Shown here piece after piece: positions 17,149 to 31,860 of a stretch of 64,000 nt of DNA; positions within the stretch are counted from its first letter, which is position 1, and each line of letters starts with the position of its first letter. The notes below the pieces were generated by a model. It did not search any database. It was given only the letters and a program-made list of their open reading frames with translations, and had not been told where the DNA came from. Source of the DNA: the human T2T-CHM13v2.0 reference genome, Homo sapiens; the NCBI RefSeq assembly GCF_009914755.1, contig NC_060945.1; one strand, given 5' to 3'. The position numbers and the translations under genes were made by a program.

Positions 17149-17316
17149 ATCCTGGAAAACACCCCTGAAAACCACCCGGACCACAGCCACTTGAAGCACG
17201 CCCTGGAGAAGGCGGAAGAGCTCTGTTCCCAGGTGAACGAAGGGGTGCGGGAGAAGGAGAACTCTGACCGGCTGGAGTGGATCCAGGCCCACGTGCAGTG
17301 TGAAGGCCTGTCTGAG
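17149..17316 (+). CDS. ITSN1: ITSN1 coding exon, DH C-terminal helix and DH-PH linker
   Basis: gtgtag|ATC...GAG|gtagcc; [56 protein letters not shown]; 168 nt, phase 0/0. Confidence 0.97.
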
Positions 17317-17477
17317 GTAGCCAACCTTGGGGCTGGGCCCTGGTCTCCCCCGGCAGAGCCTCGGCTGCCAGCCTGGAGGAGGACAAAGAAAAGCATGAAC
17401 CATTCTCCTCCCCAGCCGATAGCATCCTCATTTCCATCCAGCTGCTTCTCATCTGCTGTTTCATCCACCCACTGAGT

Positions 17478-17773
<296 letters not shown>

Positions 17774-17849
17774 CATCCACTGAGTTTCTAATTTAAATTA
17801 TATCATTTCCCATTGCCAGAAGTTCTATTTATTTTCTCCTGTCTGCTGA

Positions 17850-18087
17850 TTTCTTTCTTTCTCTCTCTTTCTCCCTTTTTCTTTCCTCTTTCTTTCTTTC
17901 CTTCTTTCTTTCTCTCTCTCTCCCTCTTTCTTTCTTTCCTTCCTTCCTTCTCTCTTTCTCCTTCCTTCCTCTCTTTTTTCTCTCTTTCTTTCCTTCTCTC
18001 TCTCTTTCTTTCTCCTTCCTTCCTTCCTTCCTTCTTTCCTTCCTTCCTTTCTCCTTCTCTTCTCTTCTTTTTTCTTTTCTTTCTTTC
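17850..18087. repeat. Polypyrimidine (CT/CTTT/CCTT) tract, expanded tail of the antisense Alu monomer at 18088-18235
   Basis: About 238 nt of C and T only. Confidence 0.95.
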
Positions 18088-18324
18088 AACAGGATCTTGC
18101 TCTGTCACCCAGGCTGCTGGAATGCAGTGGCACAATCCCAGCTCAATGCAGCCTGGACCACCTGAGCTCAAGTGATCTTCCCACTTCAGCATCCCAAGTA
18201 GCTGGGACCACAGGTGCATGCCACCATGCCCAGCTATGCTGGTTTCTTTCTTGTATCTTGTTTTTTGCTCAAATGTTAATCCTTCTTATTTATTTCTTAA
18301 CACATTTTAAACATAGATATTCCT

Positions 18325-18632
18325 GGCCAGGTGCCGTGACTCACGCCTGTAATCCCAGTGCTTTGGGAAGTGGAGGCAGGAGGCTAGTTTGTGTTCAAGA
18401 TCAGCCTGGAAACAGAGTGAGACCCTGTCTATACAAAAAAATAAAAAGTAAATTAGCTGGGTGCGGTGGTTCACACTTGAGGTGGGAGGATTGCTTGAGC
18501 CCAGGAGTTCAAGGGTAAGGTGAGCTATGATCACGCTACTATACTCCAGCCTGGGCAACAGAGCAGAATGTGTCTCAAAACAACAAACAGATATAGATAT
18601 AGATGTAGATATAGATATAGATATAGATATAG
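18325..18632 (+). mobile_element. AluJ-like element with a (GATATA)n tail
   Basis: Alu similarity; microsatellite at 18590-18632. Confidence 0.9.
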
Positions 18633-18736
18633 AACCCATAACCTGAAGTTATGGGTGTTATTGTTTTGTCTGTTGTTTCTGCCAGCTCTTGCTAAACTTA
18701 CTACCTTGTTTCTTGTATTACGATTTTTGACTGTGA

Positions 18737-19099
<363 letters not shown>

Positions 19100-19684
19100 T
19101 GAAGTTGTATTCCTTCTGGAAGGACTGTTATTGTGATTATCCAAAACTATGTTTAGAGGGGTTTGGGCATCACAGCCCTTGTGTGAATCGTGGTTGTAAA
19201 CTTGCGTGAGAGCTACCTGATAAAGCACACATTCTCAGGGCACGTTTTCCTTCACTACACCAAGGTCAAAAACAGAAATGTTTTATTGCTCATCCCCTCT
19301 GAGCTTGAGTTTACCTGTCACTCCTCCTCTGGGTTCATCTTTTTGTGAAGATCTCCTAGTAGACCCCTCACGTTGGCTCTGGATGCACCTGTTTCTGCAC
19401 CCTATGTAGTGAGTAAAATGCAAGGTCAGCGTCAGCAGATTCAAGAGAGACCCTCAAAGCTATAGTGGCACTGGCTTTCGGTGATCTTCCAAGGTTCCTA
19501 TTTTCGTTCTGTTTTCAGCCTCTGCAAATTTCTTACTTTGTTTCTATTTTGTGTGTGTGTGTGTGTGTGTGTGCCAGTTTTCTTGGAGTTAAAAAGTGGA
19601 TTTTTGCATTTTTCTGTTTTTTTAAAGTTTTTGTTGGGTGAGTCATTCTGAGTATCTAGTCCACTCTACTTCCAGCAACAGAAG

Positions 19685-20072
<388 letters not shown>

Positions 20073-20459
20073 TAACCTTTCCTTTGGTCTCATTCATTCT
20101 TTTTGCCCATTTTTTCTCTCTCTTTCTGTATACACATGTGCTTGTGCCTGTACACACATACATACATGCATGTATGCACACACATACACCATTCACTAGG
20201 GTTTCCCAAAATGACCAGCGAGAATGTGTCTCCCTCATCCACTCCTCCTGTGGTTTCTTCCCTCTCATAAGCTGCAAAGGCCATCACCACCTGAGGGAGT
20301 CACCATGACTGGTTCCTCCACGGCCCCATCTCCTGTCCACCTTCAGTGTTGGTGTGGGATGAGCAAAGGTGTGGAAGCAGCCCCGTGGAAGCCGAGAGGA
20401 CAGCTGTGGGCTCCCATTTTGGGATTTTGTGTTGCTCTGCTGTCAGTGGGTGGCTCATT

Positions 20460-20760
20460 TATTCGCTCATCATCATTCATTCAATAAGCACTTAGTGAGT
20501 AACCACCCATGTGCCACGGCTCAGTACTAAACCCTGGGACATAAAAACAAATAAGATGTGACTCCCACTCTCGAGGAGCTTATGGTCCAGGAGGAAGCTG
20601 GGGGTTAAACCAACATTTACAACAAGATGTGAGGGGTAAGGAGGCAGAGCTAGGTGCCAAGTGCTGTGGCGACATGTGACAGGAGCAAGGGACAGTTGTA
20701 CGGGGGACTCTCGGGCCCTGGAGGTGATGCTTGACTGCGTGTTGCAGGATGAAGCATTGG
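20460..20760 (-). mobile_element. L2 3' end fragment
   Basis: cattcattcaataagcactt...atgtgcca...cactctcgaggagcttatggtc; degenerate. Confidence 0.55.
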
Positions 20761-20766
20761 AGGCAG

Positions 20767-21079
<313 letters not shown>

Positions 21080-21365
21080 TTAGGAGTGGAGGACCATTCT
21101 GAGATTCTGAGCAGGGCATTGGTGAGGATTGCAGAGGAATGATGGGCCACAGGGCTGCAGGGCAGGCTGAGGCCCAGCCGAGGAAGGCCTGTGTATAATG
21201 CAAAGGAACATTAACTTGATCCTGAAGACAAGGGACTCAAGCAGCCCCTGCACTGCCACGCAGAAATGCCGACACACAGTCATGTGCACTTTAGAAAGGG
21301 CCCTTCCCCGACTCTGACAGCTGCCATCAGAGGGACACAGTGAGGCCGGGATCTGAAGATGTTAA

Positions 21366-21839
<474 letters not shown>

Positions 21840-22825
21840 TAGGATCACGGTGTGGACCATGCGTGGCCCAGGTCTGGACACACACCAGTGATTAAGTTTC
21901 AAACAGATGCTGTTTTTGGCATTCCTGTCTGAAGATAGAGAAGTTTAAATACTGTTCCCAGTTCATGCATATTCAGTGTTATCTTGGCCAATTAGAGGCT
22001 TTGAGTATGAATGAACGAGAGCACCTTTATGTCATTGGATCCAATGACACTTGCCTTCTCTGGATTATTTGCGCCCACGTGGCTTGAACCCTGTCTTGGC
22101 AAGCAGGAAGGGCTGGTTGGTCTCCAGGCTCCTGCCTGGAGTGCAGAGGTGAAGAATGTTCTTTGAAGGTTCCTGTTGTGGCACCACCTTCGGTCTTTCT
22201 TGGGCTCTCAGACCCTCCACAGGAGGTCAGAGGTCATCTTTCCTCCTCGTGGCTGACAGCAGAGTGCAGTGGCCCCTTTCCAGCTGCCTTTAGCTCTCCA
22301 CTCACAGAAGTGCCACTGTTTCTCCTGTATTGGAGATGGACAGGTGGCCATCAGCTTCTTTTGGGGGACACATGTTACGAACCTATCACTCCTTCACAAA
22401 TACTCTCTTCAGAGAGGGGTCCATAGGGCTCGTAGCTCAGGACAGAGCTCCGGAGCGCCCCCCAGGCCAATTGTGTGGGCAGATGGGGAGCGTGAGGGGC
22501 TGGCCTCGGACTGGGTCATCTTACTCCTGGCGCGCAGCCATGGCCTTGCTATCCTTGGCCTCTCCCCTTGCTGTCAAAAAGGGGGCCTCTGTGGGATCAT
22601 CTCCACCTCAGTGCCCTCTGCCCCTTCAGAACCTAGTGGAGGTGATGGACCCCCGAGAGGTGTTAGAGCCGCGTTTCAGCGCCCACCGTGTCTCTAAGGG
22701 TCAGTGGAGGGAGGGAGCTGTTCCCTTCCTGTTTGCTGAGCGGGTGAGTCGGGTGAGGTTTCATGTGCGCAGTACAGTGTCTGTTCTGTTTGGCACTGGA
22801 GGGTCGCTCAACACCACTGATTTAC

Positions 22826-23295
<470 letters not shown>

Positions 23296-23398
23296 TCATG
23301 CACAGACCCTGCACAGAGCAGGGAGTCCCCAAGGTGGGAGCCAGGTGGGCACTTTTCTTTCTGCTGCCCCATTTCCCCAGTAAATAAAAAAGAGAAAT

Positions 23399-23675
23399 GG
23401 CCAAGCCCAGTGGCTCACACCTGTAATCCCAGTATTTTGGGAGCTTGAGGTGGAACGATCGCTTGAAGTCAGAAGTTCAAGACCAGCCTGGGCAAAGTAG
23501 GGAGACCCCATCTCTACAAAAGTTTTTTTCACATGTGTTGGGGGGCTGAGATGGGAGAATTGCTTGAACCTGGGAGGTCAAGGCTACCTGAACTATGATC
23601 ACACCACTGCACTCCAGCCTGGGCAACATAGTGAGACCCTGTCTCAAAAAAAAAAAAAAAAAAAGAAAAGAAAAA
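23399..23675 (+). mobile_element. AluJ-like element with an internal deletion
   Basis: Alu similarity. Confidence 0.88.
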
Positions 23676-23943
23676 ACACACCAATTGCACCATAAGACAC
23701 TGGCATGCTCCTAGAGGAAAAGCCTTAGAAATTACCATTGAGACTCTTCTTGATACTTGGAATCCCCTGAACTGTGCCTTTGTCTGACTTTGATCTCTTG
23801 GCTCCAAAGTCTTCAAAGCTATCCTTGACTTTTGCCTGAGATCCGAGTCTGCTGGGGCCTGGCCTCTGATTCTGATGGAGCCCATGCTTTCAGATGCGGA
23901 GAAACAAAAATGCTACACTTTGGGTTTTGTTTTCCTTTCTCAG

Positions 23944-24156
23944 CAACTTGTGTTCAATTCAGTGACCAATTGCTTGGGGCCGCGCAAATTTCTGCACAGT
24001 GGGAAGCTCTACAAGGCCAAGAGCAACAAGGAGCTGTATGGCTTCCTTTTCAACGACTTCCTCCTGCTGACTCAGATCACGAAGCCTTTGGGGTCTTCTG
24101 GCACCGACAAAGTCTTCAGCCCCAAATCAAACCTGCAGTATAAAATGTATAAAACA
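23944..24156 (+). CDS. ITSN1: ITSN1 coding exon, PH domain N-terminal part
   Basis: tctcag|CAA...ACA|gtaagt; [44 protein letters not shown]...YKMYKT; 213 nt. Confidence 0.97.
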
Positions 24157-25019
24157 GTAAGTTGGATTCTAGATTTTGCATTATCAGGGTTGACGTGTTT
24201 GGGGAGGAAGAAGTTTCCAAAAAGGAGGTAGAGTTTTAGCAGGGTCAGGGGCTGTGGCATGCAGGAGAAGGCCAGGAGTTGAAATGCGATTTAGGGTGTC
24301 CGGAGTGGAGGACGATCCATATCCCGCCGCAGTGTCAGTGACACTCAGTGCTATCGGTGGAACATATTGGCTGCCAAATGGCTGCTGTGGTCCCCTGGGA
24401 TGTGACAGAGGCATGCTTTAGCCTGTAGGAGCGAAGTCTAGGGTACAGATGAGGCAGGTGTGAAAAAGCTCGGGAGAAGAGGTGCAAAACAGCACCCAGG
24501 GCCCACCGTCGCCTCCAAACAGTCCTAAGTCCCCTGCCAGACTTCTCCAGGTAGCTTGAAACATCCGAGCCCCCTCCTTTCTAGCAAAGTCTCTCTAAAC
24601 AGTTGATACGTGGAGAATTTCCCTCAGCTGTTTATATGGTCTGCTCATACGTGCATGGCTGTGTTTGTGTGTCTTTGTGTCACGGGACGTTGTTTTTCTA
24701 AATTTGTCTGCATGGGGGTGTTTTTACAGAAGAATTTTCTCTGAGGCAGCAGTTAGCTTTATTATGGGAAAAAAAAGAGCTATGTAGTTATATAGTTACT
24801 AGAAACTTCATGTGAAAATCTTTGGAGGGAATTGCTTGATGTAAAGTGGATGAAAACTGCTGTTTAGAATACACCAGGAAAAGCGACACCAGCCAGATCT
24901 TATTCTGAAAGACTTAAAACATACCCGCAAAATCGCGGGCGGGGGAACCCATATTTATCATATTTATAATTTGTAATATGTAAAAGTTGATGCTAACCCA
25001 AAATTATTATTCTGGGATT

Positions 25020-25215
25020 CTTTACTGGAAAACACACACGCCCTTAGTCTGGTTTACTGGAACACACCCAGAAACACACACACATGCTCAGTCTAGGTTA
25101 CTGAAACACACGCACGAGTGTGCACACACGCGCTGACTTGCAGTCTCGTTTACTAGAACACATTGGCATAAGTGTGCTCACACACTCACGGTTTACCGGA
25201 GCACACAGACCCCCA
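25020..25215. repeat. Degenerate minisatellite, about 5 units of (cagtct)-GTTTACTGGAACACAC
   Basis: Cores at about 25021, 25051, 25096, 25147 and 25189. Confidence 0.7.
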
Positions 25216-25250
25216 GCCTCGCTTTGTAATGCCTGTGTGTTACTTTCCAG

Positions 25251-25372
25251 CCTATTTTCCTAAATGAGGTTCTAGTAAAATTACCCACCGACCCTTCTGG
25301 AGACGAGCCCATCTTCCACATCTCCCACATTGACCGCGTCTATACTCTCCGAGCAGAAAGCATAAATGAAAG
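25251..25372 (+). CDS. ITSN1: ITSN1 coding exon, PH domain
   Basis: ttccag|CCT...GAA AG|gtgaga; [40 protein letters not shown](R); 122 nt. Confidence 0.96.
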
Positions 25373-25568
25373 GTGAGACCTGCCGCCTCCCCAGCATGGG
25401 CCCCAGGGCTCCACGGCTCTAGGACACACAAGGGGCGGGTGATTAATCAGGTGCCAATGTTTCCCAAGTGGCAATGCCATCACCCCTAGCTGGGAGTGGG
25501 GATGGGGCTATTACTTTTTTCTACAGCCTCTCAAAAATCTGTCACATGGCATGCCCTTTCCAAAATAA

Positions 25569-25910
<342 letters not shown>

Positions 25911-26741
25911 TTGTTGTTGTTGTTGTTGTTGTTTTATTAAGAAATGTTTCGCATTCTTTGAGGTAAACAGAGCATCTCAGGTTTCCCCTGGCTTCCCAGG
26001 TGGCAGAAACCAATAGGAAAGTAATTTCGGGGTTAATAGGACCACGCAAACCCAAACCTCTCCTCACCTTGGCTGACTTAAATGGGCATTCTGGAACCTA
26101 GGGCTGTGGGTATTTTGCTTCAATCTGTCTTCAAGACACTGCCCTGGAGCCAAATGAAATAGATCATTTTCTGAAGGGTGAACTTGACACAAGGCCAGCA
26201 TCATTCCAAAGAGCATTTGCACCAAGCAAGAAAATTGGCTAAAGCTTTTGTGCATATGGTTCTCAGAAAAAATGAAGGAGAAAACCGCGGCCACAAATGC
26301 CTTCCCCCAAGGCGTTTTGGTCTTTCGTGTGAAGTGGTTCCCAATCTGGGAAGTGGTTTTTGTTCTTTCTTTGCGTGATTTCATAAGCGAGATCCTTCTG
26401 GCTTTGTTGGATTAGGCAAATATGTGCTGCTCTTCGGTAAGGAAGGAAGAGGAGTCGTGTCCCGATGTTGCCTCCAAGACAGCATCTATCACAGATTTTC
26501 TTCCCCGGGGACATCATCGCAGGTCTTGAGGACATCCATGGAAATGGCCCTCATGCCTTTCTTATCGATGGCAGGAATAAGTATTAGCGTCACGTGACAT
26601 AAAATCAGATTTTCTTTCCCGAGCCTTTGTTGTTAAAATCAAATGAACAAAGAAACAGAGTCCTGGCAACAGTGTTTGAACAGACCTGAAGCCTTTTTCC
26701 TGAGTTTCTGTTTGGCAACTTTCTGTCTTTTTCTGTCCAAG

Positions 26742-26824
26742 GACTGCCTGGGTGCAGAAAATCAAAGCTGCTTCTGAACTCTACATAGAGACTGAGAAAA
26801 AGAAGCGCGAGAAAGCGTACCTGG
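26742..26824 (+). CDS. ITSN1: ITSN1 coding exon, PH C-terminal helix
   Basis: tccaag|G ACT GCC TGG...CTG G|gtaatg; [27 protein letters not shown], includes the invariant PH Trp; 83 nt. Confidence 0.96.
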
Positions 26825-27139
26825 GTAATGCATGGCCCCGCGGGGTGTCCTGCACAGCTGGGCAGGAGGGAGGGCCATTTGGCTGGGCTGAAAATCCTCA
26901 GAATAGAAGAATCCCCTGGACCTAGAGGAGGGGCATGGAATGAGATGGAAGTGAGCTTGGGGTGGGATGCAGATGGGGATGGAGGGCAAATTCCAGGAGC
27001 AAGGAAGCAAGTGTTTAAGGAGAGGGAAGAATTACTTTTGAGTCGGGAGAGGTACATGAAATGCATTGTGAGGCTCACAGAGATGGGAAAGGTGTGGCAC
27101 GTTCAAATGAAGCATTTTGTGTTTTTCCTGCCGTCATAG

Positions 27140-27223
27140 TCCGTTCCCAAAGGGCAACAGGCATTGGAAGGTTGATGGTGAACGTGGTTGAAGGCATCGA
27201 GTTGAAACCCTGTCGGTCACATG
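27140..27223 (+). CDS. ITSN1: ITSN1 coding exon, start of C2 domain
   Basis: tcatag|TC CGT...CAT G|gtaagg; (V)[27 protein letters not shown]; 84 nt. Confidence 0.96.
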
Positions 27224-27625
27224 GTAAGGCTGTGAGGCGCCCCCGGCTCCTGCTTTGGGGTTGGGAGTAGGGTCCGGGTTCCCCACACCCCCACCTGGCT
27301 CTAGATCAAATGTGCTATTTCCATACTCCCTGATCTCCTTCCAGAATTGGTTTAACTAGCACTTGTTAAAAACCTGGAGGTTTTGTGTTTTTTTTTCCAT
27401 CCTTTCTACCATTCTGCTTCTCCGAGGGATCTGAGTGGCTGCATTCACAGTGGATGTGACACAAGATCAGGCCAAAGTAACGAGACAGGAAGGGCCTAGT
27501 TTCAAAGCCCACTCAATTAAGTATTTGTTTTTAGTTTAAGGATGAAGCTGACTTCTGGGAGTTTCCACCCGGATTCTCCACCGAATGACACTTATTAAGC
27601 ATAGCAGTTATTAAGAGTGGGGAGC

Positions 27626-27938
<313 letters not shown>

Positions 27939-27987
27939 TCAAAATGAGGTGTGAGTTCCACCTGGCGAAGGCTTTTGTTCCCTCCAG

Positions 27988-28161
27988 GAAAGAGCAACCC
28001 GTACTGTGAGGTGACCATGGGTTCCCAGTGCCACATCACCAAGACGATCCAGGACACTCTGAACCCCAAGTGGAATTCCAACTGCCAGTTCTTCATCCGA
28101 GACCTGGAGCAGGAAGTCCTCTGCATCACTGTGTTCGAGAGGGACCAGTTCTCACCAGATG
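27988..28161 (+). CDS. ITSN1: ITSN1 coding exon, C2 domain core
   Basis: ctccag|GA AAG...GAT G|gtgagt; (G)[57 protein letters not shown]; 174 nt. Confidence 0.97.
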
Positions 28162-28735
28162 GTGAGTGGAACGCGGCCCTGTGGTTATTCCTCCTTCCCT
28201 GGCACTCGTTTGCGTGGGTTAATGTTTTCTTACCTGGGGACTTGGTGCCAGGATTCCTTCGGTTTCCCTCCTGAGAGATGAGGCTGGCTGGCACAAGACG
28301 AGGCTCTGTCTCCCCTGGAGGAGTCTTCTGGAGGCGTCTCATTGCATGTGGACAGAGCATGCTTGGTCTAGAATTGTGCCAGCTGCCCTGGGCAAACACG
28401 TCCATCTTCTGCTTTCCAAAGCAGGTGACTGTGGAGAGGGGTGTGTTTAAGAGCCTCAGCATAGTTCTTCAGTCCTTGGCAAAAAGCTGTGCTGGCAATG
28501 GATGAAACTGGCCAATGGAACAAGGATGTTAGCCCACAACAGGAGCCGCAGAATGGGCCAGGTCCCTTTGGGTGGCATTTTTGTACCACTTATTAAGTAG
28601 GCAAAGGGATGCAGTCATGTTGAATGAATCATTTCTTCAGCCAGCCTTCTGTTTCTGCTTGGGCCTGGAAAAGAATAGTCTCAGCCCAATGATTCCAAGA
28701 AACTACCTGTCTCTCCCTCAACCCAATAAAAATCA

Positions 28736-29054
<319 letters not shown>

Positions 29055-29224
29055 TTATGGTCTCAACTTAATTATAACCGAAGAAGTGAGGGTCAAATGC
29101 TAGCATTATCTGTACAAGGTTTAAATGGCTCCATATGGCCTTCATCTTTTAGTACTTTTTATATGAATTATCTCATTGTGAGTTAGGTACTCGTTGTGGT
29201 AGCTGGTTAAATGTTTGAGTGTGA

Positions 29225-29610
<386 letters not shown>

Positions 29611-29853
29611 ACCTTCTAATTCTGAGAGATAAAGGTTGGGGTTGGGTTTTTTTTTTATTTAAGTAATGAAATACCATGACACATTGGCAACTCCGCTGGG
29701 GAGCGAGTTGGAAATCCTAGTGTTGGTTTACATCAGAGCCCAGAGAAGAAGGGAGAGCATAACAGTTCATCAGGGGGTCCCCAATATGCCAGACATGTGC
29801 CTCGAAGAGAGGGAATGGTCCCTCTTAGGAGGGTCTGTTTGTTCTCTTTTCAG

Positions 29854-30002
29854 ATTTTTTGGGTCGGACGGAGATCCGCGTGGCGGACATCAAGAAAGAC
29901 CAGGGCTCCAAAGGTCCAGTTACGAAGTGTCTTCTGCTGCACGAAGTCCCCACGGGAGAGATTGTGGTCCGCTTGGACCTGCAGTTGTTTGATGAGCCGT
30001 AG
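29854..30002 (+). CDS. ITSN1: ITSN1 last coding exon, C2 end and TAG stop
   Basis: tttcag|AT TTT TTG GGT...GAG CCG TAG; (D)[48 protein letters not shown]. Confidence 0.97.
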
Positions 30003-31854
30003 GCAGCGGGCTCAGGGTGTGCTCAGCAGGGTCCCAGCCCACGGCCACACATGCTGTCTGGAAATTGTATTCCTTTTCTAAGAAACCACCATTTGGTATT
30101 CAGTCACAGGGATATGGGATGGCAAAGACAGGCCCCTCAAAGCTCCTAGGAATCATTCTCGACAATCCTCCCTGCCCCGAAACAATTTCCTGTTTCATGA
30201 AACAAAGCTGTGTTTTCCTTTGTCCTCACTACAGGTCTCATTATGGCTTCTAGGGTCGCTGAAATCCCATAGCCCTCAACAGGGTGCAGCTGGGAGTCTA
30301 GCCCCTTCCCGGGCTTGAGGGATGGGTCTGGTTACTATAAAATAGATTTATAAATGCAATGTCTATATTTTTGGAGAACTCATGTAACCCTCCTGTTTCT
30401 TACATCCACCAGTCCCCAAGTAGACTTCTTGGCCTACAATGCCCAGTCCTTGGTGTGAGTTTAGAAACAATTATGACGGTCCTGTCATTGCTTCAGAATC
30501 CCATCTCTCCTGCAGGGAAATGCTGCCTAGAGCTGATCACTCGGTGAGACGGTCTGATCAGGCCCTGGCTTAGCTCTTTGAAGAGCTGGTCTATGGAAGT
30601 TTCCAGCATGTGCACCGTTATAGCCGTTCCTTCCCCCTCTAGGCCTTGTATTAATATATGTCAATGAAAACACACTGGTGTATTGTTGCGTGGATTCAGT
30701 TCTGATTCCCAGCATGCTTAGAATATGGTCACAGAAAGTCATTATCTAGAAAGTCACCCCTCTGCTGGATCAGATCACTACAGGTCACTGGAAAGGCAAC
30801 TTTACAATGTTGGGTCACTGGGTCTCGGTTGGCAGCCATGTTGGAAAAATCTCTTTTGGCTCGGAGGCCTGTGATATTTCATAGCAGCAGTCGTTGCTGG
30901 TGACCTGTTCTGTGCTTGAATGTGCTGAATCCTGATTGTTGTAGGACATTTCAACAGCTCTTTTTGGTACGTTCCCCAAAAAGCCATGTCCTAGATCCCC
31001 AAGGCGTGAAAAGGAAAAATATCAAGCTGGAGGTTGGGAAAGAAAATGAAGGCAGTCCATTATGTGGTGGGTGAAAGACCCTAGGAGGATGCAAGCCCCG
31101 CACATCCCGGGGCAAAGACCTAAGACACTTTTCCACCCTCCACCACCCCAACCTCACATAATATGCTTGTTGCAAGAGTCAGGACTTTATGACTATGTGC
31201 CAAGCTGTTTGGTTTGAGTTCTTTAATTTTTTTTTCCCTTAAATGCCAGGAGATCATCTGGTTAGTTAGATAGTAACTTGATTTGCTAATGAAAAGTGGG
31301 GGCCGTGTTTTGTTTGCATGTTAATATTCTCATAATCCTAGTTTGTTGTGGTCATGAAATGTCCTTTGCATGTTCTGTTGGTACTGGAGTCTAGCTTTCC
31401 TGTACTAGATGGTGTTCTCTTTGATTGTAGGTCCTTAGACTTTAATTAGGGTTATCAAAGTGCTTTCTAAATGATAGCATCAGCGTTGTGGCAGAGTACC
31501 TCCTTTGCTGGGAACTGAATGTGTAGTGTTATCATTTCCCATGAGAGCCCGGTCATACTTCAAGCAATTTTTTTAAAAGTGTGTGTTGGAAAGGACAACA
31601 AAGTTTACATTTCATACTTTTAAGAAATACTTTATTATTTATTTATTGAAGATAGTGTAGAATTTTGTATCAAGAACAACAGACATAAGTATTTTTTGAA
31701 ACAAGCAAATATACCCTGTAGTTAGAAACTTTCAACTGAACATGTTAGAGACCAAGTTTAACTTCAGGCATGCATTTGTTTACCATTTCCCAGCAGAAAA
31801 CATGGTTAAAATACTTTAAGTTTATATTTTTTGATGTTGTTAAGAAACTTTTAA

Positions 31855-31860
31855 ATTAAA
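31855..31860 (+). terminator. Candidate proximal poly(A) signal ATTAAA for ITSN1
   Basis: ATTAAA at the end of an AU-rich block (about 31540-31975), with U-rich sequence downstream. Confidence 0.4.

Noticed and set aside
17803-18219. Lys/Glu/Arg-rich and Phe/Ser/Leu-rich ORFs
   Set aside because: Translation of the polypyrimidine tract and adjacent Alu.
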